DNA of 63,507 bases, counting the filler, from Trichomonas gallinae (taxonomy: Eukaryota), in NCBI GenBank assembly GCA_008369845.1. It is 7 parts of 7 records of this genome, joined end to end, with 100 filler letters (N's around TTAATTAATTAA, not from the genome) between each part and the next. Parts side by side here need not be neighbours in the genome. Positions count along the whole stretch, not along the records: positions 44,567 to 54,055 come from MRSU01000246.1; positions 54,156 to 59,974 come from MRSU01000248.1; 5 more parts are not named here. The stretch is one strand, 5' to 3'. Below are positions 45,082 through 54,783 of this stretch, in pieces. The position numbers and the translations under genes were made by a program. Within the stretch, counting starts at the first letter, position 1. Each line of letters starts with the position of its first letter. The notes under the pieces are model-generated. The model did no database searches. It saw only the letters and a program-made list of their open reading frames with translations, and was not told the origin of the DNA.

Positions 45082-46179
45082 ATGGAAGTAGATCATAAGA
45101 CGAGGAGTATGTTAGAGCTGGTCATTAACCAGCTTTTCTTGACTGGTTCGTATGGCTCAGCTCGTGTGCCCCTTCCTGTTATAAGAACCGTATTAACTCA
45201 TATTATCAATACATTAAAGAGAGAACAAACTTTAATTGAAATGGAAGGTAATGTAACGATTGTCGGAGATCTGCATGGACAGATGGTGAACCTGGTCCGC
45301 GCTTTGAGCCAAGGCAAATTAAACCCAACAGCAAAATTTGTTTTCCTTGGAGACTACGTTGATCGCGGTAAGAATTCACTGGAAGTCATTGTTCTCCTTT
45401 ATGCACTTAAAATACTGTATCCTAAGAATATATGTCTTCTTCGTGGAAATCACGAATCAAAGATGATGTCTGAATCAAATTCCTTCTACTCTGAATGCTG
45501 CACAAAGGCTGCAAGTGACATATATGATGAATTCGTTCGCTCATTTAACTATTTGCCACTTGCTGCCATAGTCAATAAAGAAATTTTCTGCGTTCATGGA
45601 GGAATTTCACCCAATTTAGATTCCGTTAACCAGATTCGTGAAATAAGACGCCCAGTTGAGATTCCACTTTCTGGTTTAATTACAGATTTATTATGGAGCG
45701 ATCCAGATCCTAAATGTCTTACATTTGGACCAAATGCCAGAGGATGCACATGCACCTGGGGAAAGATTTCTTCCGATAGATTCCTTATTAGGAACCGTCT
45801 TAAAATGATTGTCAGAGGACACCAAGTTGTTGAAGATGGATACAAATATCCACTCGGCGATAAGTCTGTAATAACTTTGTGCACATCTTGGGATCCTACT
45901 TTCGTATTTACATCAAAAAATTGTGTAATGAAAATTTATCAGCGTCAAGGTGGATATAAGTTCTTCGAATTGAATGAGAAGACACCAAAAATATCCATTT
46001 TCTCGATCCATGCCATGCCAACTCAAAACAAAGACGATTCAAGGACAAATTCACCAAAGAAGGATGAAGGAAATATGACTTTAACAAGGACATCAACATC
46101 CGACTTTTTGGTTGTGAAAAAGGAAGTTCGTCGTTCTCCAGGAATTCGCAGAAGCAATTCCTTAAAAATGTTTGTTTAA
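45082..46179 (+). CDS. PPP-family (PP1-like) Ser/Thr protein phosphatase
   Basis: GDLHGQ, GDYVDRG, LRGNHE, VHGG, DLLWSDP and RGHQ. Confidence 0.92.
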   Translation: MEVDHKTRSMLELVINQLFLTGSYGSARVPLPVIRTVLTHIINTLKREQTLIEMEGNVTIVGDLHGQMVNLVRALSQGKLNPTAKFVFLGDYVDRGKNSLEVIVLLYALKILYPKNICLLRGNHESKMMSESNSFYSECCTKAASDIYDEFVRSFNYLPLAAIVNKEIFCVHGGISPNLDSVNQIREIRRPVEIPLSGLITDLLWSDPDPKCLTFGPNARGCTCTWGKISSDRFLIRNRLKMIVRGHQVVEDGYKYPLGDKSVITLCTSWDPTFVFTSKNCVMKIYQRQGGYKFFELNEKTPKISIFSIHAMPTQNKDDSRTNSPKKDEGNMTLTRTSTSDFLVVKKEVRRSPGIRRSNSLKMFV

Positions 46180-46424
46180 GTAAATATATGTTATGCGCCT
46201 GTGTTGCCTGTATATATAGATTCTCATCTATATAGCACAACATCCAGATTAAAAATCATTTAAATTATCAGAAATTTTTTTTGTAAGTTTATCCATTTAG
46301 TTTCACTTTCTTTGTTGTGTTCTATTTATTAATAACAAATTGTTCATTAAAATAAAAATAATATTTTTATAAATCGAAAACAAAAAGAAAAGTTTTATAT
46401 AATCTCTATAAAATCAAATAAATA

Positions 46425-48002
46425 TTACTTCTTTGCTGGTTCATCGACTAATTTCTTCATATTCTTCACTTCCGGTCTCTCTCCGTTCGGGAACAAAAAC
46501 ATTGGCAGATCTTTCGTGTCGACAACTTCGATTATGACATCTGCGTTTTGCGGGGATCTCATTCTAACTTCTTCCGCCCACTTCCTTGCTGGAGGTGTAA
46601 GGTCGAGGGTCCTGTTCGAGTTCTCATCGTGTGGAACGTGGTAAGAAAGGCCTATATAGAAAAGCGAGCAGAATTCGTGTCCTTTGTATCCGGGAGCGGG
46701 GAATTCAACTGGCCAGATGTATGCATGGTTGACGTGCCTAAGAGATGTCTCTATGTTGACTGCGAGGAACCTCACACGGCTCTGCACATATCTCATGAAC
46801 TCGTTGTGTGTTTTTTCGTCTGTGGCTGTCACCAAAACTTCGACGAACTTTCTGTGCCTGACGAAGAACTTCGGTGGCTCAATGACTTTCTCCCAGCTTG
46901 TACCGTTCTCCATGCAGCTCCTCACGGCCTGGAAGCCGCGCTTGAATTCGACGGTCATCCTGTTGCGAGAACTTTTCGTCGCAGAGTGGAGTGAGTTGAT
47001 TGTTGGATACGATGGTGTGATGATCGGCATGTAGTCCTTGTGGTCCTGCGGCCTGGTCGGATCCCAGTTAGGGCGGCTGCCTGTTGTCGGGGTGTTGATG
47101 TAAATTGGCTCAGGCCATGTCCATGTCATTAGATCGCTGAAGAACATCATGATTATGTATGCTGGCGATTTCTTCGGGTAGCGCTGGCATATGAATGCGG
47201 ATAATATGGCGAGATTAACACCACCGAGGTATCCAAAGACGTTTCCGTACACACATCGCTTTTTAGCCCAGATACGCAGGAATCTGAGGACGATTCTGAA
47301 AATATCTTGATTTGGAACCAAACGGAGAAGCATATCGTTAACACGACGACCGTTGAGAGAGCGGACTGATTCTTCATCGACGTTATCGAGAATATGATCA
47401 TCAGCAAAATCAGTATCTTCTGCAACAGTATTCATAGCAAGTGATGCGAATGAAAGATCAATCTGTGTGTTAGTAAATTTTGAAAAAAGCAGCATCTAAT
47501 AATATATTAAAAAATATATTTTCAGATGCTACAAATATTTTGTACATACTTCAATACCATCGTAATGAAAAGACATAATTGGAGAATAAGCATTCTCAAT
47601 TTTAACAAGTTCCTTAACTGCAGAGTGTTGTGCAAGCATTTCGTAAAAAGTGTTGAAGAAATCCGACCTTTTGACGAAGCTGGGCGCAACACAGATACAG
47701 TCGATATCGGATCCCTCGCTAACGACGCCCAAACGGTAAGAACCGTATGGAACAAGTTGCGATTCTACATTTTCTAAGCCTTCAGCAGTATTACCTGTCT
47801 TTTTAGCAATAATTCGGACGAATTCGTTGATTAAGATTTTGATTTTGGCGAGAACTTCTTGTCTTTTTGTTTTTTGTTCTTCTGTTGCTGGTGCATCGTA
47901 TTTATCGATGAATTTTTGCAGCTCTTCACTGCATTGCATTTCGATACTCGTGGGTCCGTCTTCTGTTTGTGGTTTCTGGCGATATTCATACTGAGGTAAC
48001 AT
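46425..48002 (-). CDS. PAP: Canonical poly(A) polymerase with two exons (48002-47550 and 47462-46425), 496 aa
   Basis: YGSYRLGV..SDID, spliced junction YDGIE|IDLSFA, SLNGRRV, WAKKR..GYLGGV and MPIITPSYP. Confidence 0.95.
47463..47549 (-). other. 87-nt spliceosomal intron, phase 0
   Basis: GTATGT...ACTAACACACAG on the minus strand; removing it restores the segment with the third catalytic Asp. Confidence 0.95.
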
Positions 48003-48413
48003 TTTGAAAATAAACTTTACAAAATTTGATTGTCAAAAAATATTTACATGGCAAAATTATTGTTCGACAAAATATATATATTTCTTTGAATTGCAAGCTC
48101 GGAATAATTCATTAGATACGCATTTATGAAACTCATGCCAATATATCTATGCCATAAATAACCACATATGGTTAAATAAAAAATATATGTTTATTAATTA
48201 ATTATGGAGGAAAACGCAAAACAAGAACATGTTAAACTAGGAGAAATGTTTTGTCAAAAAAAAAAAAAAATTTACGTGGCATTTTGGTAGATTTTTAAAT
48301 AATCGTCAAAATTGATTTTGTAAAGTTTATTTTATAAATATGTCATGTAAAATTATTTACGACAAGTAAAATTATAACTTTGAATAGTTTTTGACTCATA
48401 AAGTAAAATATAG

Positions 48414-48926
48414 ATGGGATTAGATGGTGGATGCATTACAAGGCGGCCAGATATGATAAAAAAGCCTGATAAAAGTAAACGTGTACGAACTGAAAGGGAA
48501 AGAAAAGAAACAAATGCGGAAAATTATTGGGTATATTGTGCATTAACCGGTTTACCATTGAAAGCGCCGATATTGATATCGAAATGTGGAGCGATATTCA
48601 ATAAAGAAGATGTTTTGCAAGCGATTTTAGAAAAAAATCTTCCGAAAAAATTGAGATACCTGAAGCATCTTAAAAATACAAAAGAACTTGATCTTAGAGG
48701 TGTTCAAACATTACTCGAGTATAGCTGCCCTCTCTCAGGCAAAATTCCAAATCCTGCAACAAAAAATATCTTTACTTTTATCTTTTCATGTGGACATTTA
48801 TTTGATCTGGAAGCATTTAATATAATGTGCAATGATGGAACTTGTCCGATTTGCGGAAATAAATTTTCCAAAGAAGATTTAGTTGTGCTTAATGGCTATG
48901 AAAATCATGAATATAATGAAAAATAG
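48414..48926 (+). CDS. Rtf2 (replication termination factor 2)-like RING protein
   Basis: MGLDGG..RRPDMIK, WVYCALTGLPL..G.IFNKE, CPLSG, SCGH and CPICG. Confidence 0.85.
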   Translation: MGLDGGCITRRPDMIKKPDKSKRVRTERERKETNAENYWVYCALTGLPLKAPILISKCGAIFNKEDVLQAILEKNLPKKLRYLKHLKNTKELDLRGVQTLLEYSCPLSGKIPNPATKNIFTFIFSCGHLFDLEAFNIMCNDGTCPICGNKFSKEDLVVLNGYENHEYNEK

Positions 48927-49141
48927 AACGCATGATCAACATTTTGACCTTGCATTATAATATGTTTTGAATTTATTAAATATAGAAAAATAACATATGT
49001 ATGTTGTTGTATTATAACTATTTCGCCAGGAAACGTGGCATGAATATAGCAATCATTCGAGTAAACTTAGAACTAAAATTCTGACATTTATACTTTATTT
49101 TGTCATGTAAATTTTTAAAAATTTCCATATATATTTCAATA

Positions 49142-49774
49142 ATGGGAGAAGAATGCAAATTAGAACTCAGTAGCATTGTTAATAATAAGGGTGAAGAGAA
49201 AAAAGAATATATTGATGGTATAAAATGGACCTCATGGCGAGTAGATGATATCATCAATTGTTGTAGACAGTCACCAAAATTTGCAAGCAAATACAAAATC
49301 AATGTGGCTTTAAGCTATAATCCAACCAAAGGTGGAATATTATATTTGGAGTACGATGGATATAAAGAAGATAGAGGATATGTTCCTGATATTTCTTGTT
49401 TGACTTTTAATATCGAAATTACGAGAGAAAACTATTTCAGTATTAAGGCAAAGGTTATAGCTTGTCGAAATATGACAACAGGGAAGCAAATTATTACAGC
49501 GATTAATCTTCTAGATCAACCAAGTAGAAAGGATATAATAAAAATAACATTCAATAACAATGAATGGCAGTATAGTCTCGATGGATCTCCACGTTTTGAA
49601 AATATTAGATTATTTTTTGATCCAACAATTGACAAGTTTAGTGATTCTTGCTCCTTAGATGAAAACGATTATGAAAAAATATTTGACCGATTTTTCAAAA
49701 ACAATGGCAAAGAAAACAAAATAATTCTAAATGCAACAAACTTAGCTAATTTTATTCCATCTAACTCTAATTAA
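49142..49774 (+). CDS. Hypothetical protein
   Basis: 210-aa ORF from the ATG at 49142 (the track start is TTG); no recognised motif. Confidence 0.65.
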   Translation: MGEECKLELSSIVNNKGEEKKEYIDGIKWTSWRVDDIINCCRQSPKFASKYKINVALSYNPTKGGILYLEYDGYKEDRGYVPDISCLTFNIEITRENYFSIKAKVIACRNMTTGKQIITAINLLDQPSRKDIIKITFNNNEWQYSLDGSPRFENIRLFFDPTIDKFSDSCSLDENDYEKIFDRFFKNNGKENKIILNATNLANFIPSNSN

Positions 49775-50226
49775 TAGCAAGAAAAAGGACTTTAAGCTGG
49801 TTTATTCTACCACTTATCTACATTAAATATATAAATATAATATATAGAATGCTCTAAGCACTTTGCATAGTAGTTTCACTTTTTGCTGCACTGTTTTGGT
49901 CAAAACGTCTAGAAAAAGCGATTTTTTAAAAAATTGGGTTTCGTGTAATTTTGACAAAAAATGTTATTCCTGACAAATAAATCATACAAATATTCCTTAA
50001 ATATGACAATATGTCATGTAAAAAATTCATTAATGAGAATTGTTCTTTTAAGCAATCTCATTATACTTAGACTTTTTGGCCCTATTGAAGCTAATTTAGC
50101 TCGTTTGTTTCGGTAATTCATTATAAATTATAAAAATCATGAATTTTAGTATGAAAAATCAAAGCATATTCATATAAAATACTAATTTTTAAAATCAAAC
50201 AAAACAAACAAATATATTGAAATAAA

Positions 50227-52062
50227 TTAAATTCTTCCTGAGCCAGTAATTGAAGGTGCTCGTTGTGATTTAGTTTCAGATCCATATATAATTTGATGTG
50301 ATTGCTCTGGGCGCTGCCTGAGACGCGGAAGAGAGACTTGCGAAGTTGGATTGTTAAAATTCTTAGATACAACGACCAAATCGCCGCCATAAGAGCATCT
50401 GCTTTGAGTACGACTTGTTCTCAAATCTATATCTTCCTTTTTAGCTGCTTCGCCTAAACTGGCGATGATTTGGTTGATTTGATCCCTTAATTTGTTCAAA
50501 GAAACTCTGTTCCTTTCCATCAATCTCTCAACCATCTGAGTATCTGCTTTTTTATCGAATTTCTCCAGCAAAGAAGCCTTCAATTCGTCAATTTGTTCAT
50601 TAAAAGCATCAATCTTAGTTGTAAGGCCTTGAAGAGCGCGTTTATTCTCTATTTCTCCAGGTTGCATCACTGTCATCCTCATATTTTCTGGTGCATCACG
50701 TATTTTGCTTTCGAGATTTTCATTATTTTGAATTTTAACTGGAGCAATCGTTGAGTTTGCCTGATTAAGGAGTTCTTCTGGGACAGGAATGTTTGTCACA
50801 GGGAGAACATAGTCCGATGATGGCTGTCTGCCGTATTTCAATTCAGAATGTGCGTTTTTAACCTTTTCTTCGAGTTTTTCGTTCTGTGTAGTAATTGTAT
50901 CATTCTGTTGCTGTATGGTGAGCATTGCGTCATCGAAATTGATCTGGAAAGGAACTTGACGATTTGTTAAATGTTGTATAAATGCTGATAGTTGAGCAAA
51001 TGAGTTAGTAATAAGTGTGGTTGAGTTCAAATTGGCTTCAATGACATTATGTACATTGTTAGAAACGTTAACTAACTCATCTGAAAAATCTAAAATTAAT
51101 GCCTGATTCTCATCCGTTCGTTTTATGAGGTTCCTTCGAAATGTGTTGTTTTCTAAAACCATTTCACCCATGTTAACTTGGAATTCATTGAATGTTTTAA
51201 CCAATGTTAAACACATCTGGTTTAGTTTAAGGTGATCTTCCTTAACAGCATTGATTGTCTCATCGAACTTGTCAATACGACGTGAGTCACGCTGAAGAGC
51301 ACGAATAAGAGCTGGTGTATCAAGAGTTCCATCATTTTGGAAAACTTGTACATCGACAACCATGTGTTTAACATCGTTTAAATCAACACTGAGGGCATGA
51401 ATTTCATTCGTGTAGTCTTTTTTAACTGTATTTGTGAGTTTTACGCACTCATCGACTTTTGCTGTAAGATCGTTTTGGAATGATGTACTTTCGGAAGTGA
51501 TAATATTTAACTTGTTTTCACAGCCTTCAATTCTGAGCGCGAGAAGCTCCAACGATTTATCTTTTCCTGTATCAAGTAATTTGTTGATTTTTGCAATTTC
51601 AGTTTGTGATTTTTGAAGAAGATTCGACTGGCTGATGATTTTCACGTTTATTTCACGTATCTGCTGGTTTGCGATGTAAATGTCTCCTTGGAGGTCTTTT
51701 TCTTTAGCAACGAACTCTTCCATGAGTTTCTTATTAGAGTCATCGATTTTTTCGGATAATGTGTTTTGATATTTGTTTAAAAATGTTGTCATTTCGTCGA
51801 ATCGATTATTCATTTTATCGTTTTGTTCCTGTAACCCTTCTTTATTGTTTTTCTCTATATCCTCTAGTTGTTCCTGAATACTACTAACTTCTTTTTTCGT
51901 AGATCTTAAGCTCATTTCTTCTTGTAGATTTTTAATTTGCGACGTATGTTCTTGTAAAAGGTTGCAAATATCAATAAGCGTGTATTTGAGCTGGTCCGAG
52001 ATTAAGTTGAAATTGATAATCTCACCATTATTCAGTAAATTATTGATTTTTTGAACCGACAT
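50227..52062 (-). CDS. Long coiled-coil protein
   Basis: 611-aa ORF that is heptad-rich and K/E/Q/L-biased. Confidence 0.8.
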   Translation of the reverse strand: MSVQKINNLLNNGEIINFNLISDQLKYTLIDICNLLQEHTSQIKNLQEEMSLRSTKKEVSSIQEQLEDIEKNNKEGLQEQNDKMNNRFDEMTTFLNKYQNTLSEKIDDSNKKLMEEFVAKEKDLQGDIYIANQQIREINVKIISQSNLLQKSQTEIAKINKLLDTGKDKSLELLALRIEGCENKLNIITSESTSFQNDLTAKVDECVKLTNTVKKDYTNEIHALSVDLNDVKHMVVDVQVFQNDGTLDTPALIRALQRDSRRIDKFDETINAVKEDHLKLNQMCLTLVKTFNEFQVNMGEMVLENNTFRRNLIKRTDENQALILDFSDELVNVSNNVHNVIEANLNSTTLITNSFAQLSAFIQHLTNRQVPFQINFDDAMLTIQQQNDTITTQNEKLEEKVKNAHSELKYGRQPSSDYVLPVTNIPVPEELLNQANSTIAPVKIQNNENLESKIRDAPENMRMTVMQPGEIENKRALQGLTTKIDAFNEQIDELKASLLEKFDKKADTQMVERLMERNRVSLNKLRDQINQIIASLGEAAKKEDIDLRTSRTQSRCSYGGDLVVVSKNFNNPTSQVSLPRLRQRPEQSHQIIYGSETKSQRAPSITGSGRI

Positions 52063-52569
52063 AAATTCTAAAAAACACGTTTTTTTAGATTTTTTTGTAA
52101 AACCTTTAATTTTACGAAAATGAGCTGATTATAGCCTATTTTTCACAAAAATACTTGAAATTTATGATATTTTCGTTCAATATTTTTAGAAAAAAAAAAT
52201 ATTAAGAGAAATGCAAAAAATATGTTTATATTTTTGTTACCTATAAAGATTATATTAATAATGTTAACTGATTTTTGGCATTAAACCATTCAAAGGTAAT
52301 TCGAATTTTAAAAATCAATTTTGATGGATAATTCTATAATAAACCATTAATCTATCATATAAAAATTATATTTTTCATGTTGTTTTATGCGGTTACCATT
52401 AATATATTTTCGAGAAAATAAAATTGGCAAATTTCCAATTATTTAGTTAACAATCCAACAAACTCGAGTACAAAAAACGAAACAGATATATTCCAGTTGT
52501 CTACTGAATATATTGAAAATAATCATGGAAAAAATATAACAAGAAATGTTTAAAATAGAATACATACAT

Positions 52570-53772
52570 CTACTCAACATGCTTTCCATATATTTCGAGG
52601 CCAGCGAGAACAAATCTTTTATTTCTTGCGCTACATGTGTCAAGTTGGACGAATTTAAAGTATGTCAAAGGCGGACAAATAGACTTGACTTTGAATAATG
52701 AAACAGCTGAAGGAGCAAGCAAAGATCGATCATTTTCTACTCGATCGATTTCTACCCATGAATTACCATCTACTGAACCCAGAACAATCCATGATGAAGG
52801 GCAGGAGCCTTTATTTGCATCGCGCCACGACATAAAAACGTAATGAGAAAGTTCAAATGTTCCTGATCCGATTTTGACTTGAATCCATTCATCTCTGGAG
52901 CCCTTTGTGTCAAAATATGAGTTCTTATCCTCATGATGAAGCAAATTTGTCACTGTTGTTGATTCAGAATTTTCAGATGAAGCTGTAAGCGAAAATAATG
53001 CTATATTTGACTGATACTGCTTTGCAACAGCGTTAAAGAAGCCATCAAATTCCTTTCCTGGCTTGGGTAAATATATTTTCGATTTTTCTTGATGAAATCG
53101 CATCCTTTGCAATAGCGGAATCAACAAATATTTGCTAGTATTTAGATCGAATGAGGATTGTAGTGTTGTAAACGTTGAAATCGTATCGAGTCCACTTTTA
53201 ATAAAGTATTGAGCGTTTTGCATGTATTTATCAGGCTCATTCTCAATCATGTAATTAATAAACTTAATGAGAGAGATGCCTGACATAGTAAAAGAAGGAG
53301 AACGAAAAATTTCTGTTAATAATTTTGTCGAAACCAGCTTTAAAAATGGATTTTCAATAATCTTAGGGAAATTACTTGCAATTAAATCTATTTCCTCTGA
53401 AGCATCTAAATCACAAGCAAGTAAATGTTCAGCAAAATTTATAACATTGTCGAGTGTATTTGTTTTATGTATTAATTGGTATGTTTGGTCCGCAAGAGCT
53501 TGTATTTTTAGGTTTTTCGCGAGATAATTGAAGAATCTGCAATTAAGTGGTGTAATTAAGACGCTTTGCCCGTAAAGTAAGCTTATAAAGTCTTGCATTG
53601 GCCCTTCTATCGGTGGAAGCTCGTAGCGAATCATTGATGAATTAATTGCTGGCGAAACAGCTGCAATTAAGAGATAATTGACAGGATATTCAACCCCCCT
53701 GTGGACAAATATGAAGTCATGAAAAGTAGAACAGTTCTTAAGCTTGTTTAAAGCAAGCCGACGATTGTTCAT
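52570..53772 (-). CDS. BTB/BACK-like plus F5/8 type C domain protein
   Basis: DFIFVHRGVEYPV..AAVSPAI (BTB-like) and WIQVKI..PSSWIVLGSVDGNSWVEID..LAGLEIYG (F5/8C). Confidence 0.85.
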   Translation of the reverse strand: MNNRRLALNKLKNCSTFHDFIFVHRGVEYPVNYLLIAAVSPAINSSMIRYELPPIEGPMQDFISLLYGQSVLITPLNCRFFNYLAKNLKIQALADQTYQLIHKTNTLDNVINFAEHLLACDLDASEEIDLIASNFPKIIENPFLKLVSTKLLTEIFRSPSFTMSGISLIKFINYMIENEPDKYMQNAQYFIKSGLDTISTFTTLQSSFDLNTSKYLLIPLLQRMRFHQEKSKIYLPKPGKEFDGFFNAVAKQYQSNIALFSLTASSENSESTTVTNLLHHEDKNSYFDTKGSRDEWIQVKIGSGTFELSHYVFMSWRDANKGSCPSSWIVLGSVDGNSWVEIDRVENDRSLLAPSAVSLFKVKSICPPLTYFKFVQLDTCSARNKRFVLAGLEIYGKHVE

Positions 53773-54055
53773 TTAATTAAAAGGGGTTAAAAATATTAAA
53801 GAGGGGATTGTTATTGACAATTTACATGGCAAAAGATCATAACTATTTTCTTTGTTTCAGATTCGAAATATCAAATATTATAATACTATAGAATTCATAT
53901 TTGTCATATGTATGATTCCATTTGCTTGGTTAAAAACTGATATTGAAGGCTCTGATTGATTTTTAAAATTGAATATTCTATTCAAATATTGAGAGAAAAA
54001 AATTGAACTTTAATTGAATTTTCAAAATTAATCAGACTCTTGTGTGTTAGGAATA

Positions 54056-54155
54056 NNNNNNNNNNNNNNNNNNNNNNNNNNNNNNNNNNNNNNNNNNNNT
54101 TAATTAATTAANNNNNNNNNNNNNNNNNNNNNNNNNNNNNNNNNNNNNNNNNNNN
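54056..54155. other. Artificial contig linker
   Basis: N-TTAATTAATTAA-N, 100 bp. Confidence 0.97.
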
Positions 54156-54783
54156 TTTAAACGGTAACATTTTTGTATAGTTTACATTTTTAGACAGGTT
54201 TGCACAGCGTTAGACGGGTTTTTCGCGTGACTGTAATATTAATTTTCAAAATATATATAGCAACAGTATTATGAAATATACTCAATGTTATAATGATCTA
54301 TTCATATATCAGTTTAATTCATTAGCGACATTGATTTTGAACCCCATTTTGTAACATCAAATATTATTTTTGTTTTCAAAAATTATCGTTCATATTATTT
54401 GAATCATTAAAATGTATATTTACTTTATGTATTAGATGTATATTAGCCCCTATATAGATATGTATCGATTGGTAAACAAATCAGCATTTAACATAAAATG
54501 TTGAATATAAAGAAAATCAAGACAATGTATTATCATTGATGCATATAAACTGTTTCATAATTGATGTACTTGAGTCACTTGTCACTGTATCTTTGTATTC
54601 ATCGAGAAAGAAGATGTTTTAGATATGCGTAACATCATTTTGGCATTACTTAAAACCCTTGGTAGTGCATTGATATGAAGCATAAATTAGTTGATTGTAT
54701 TCGAGACTATTTTGCATAGTATTAATAAACGTAGATATGTTATTTTCAGGACTAGCAAAAATAAGAGATTATGCGAAAATCAT

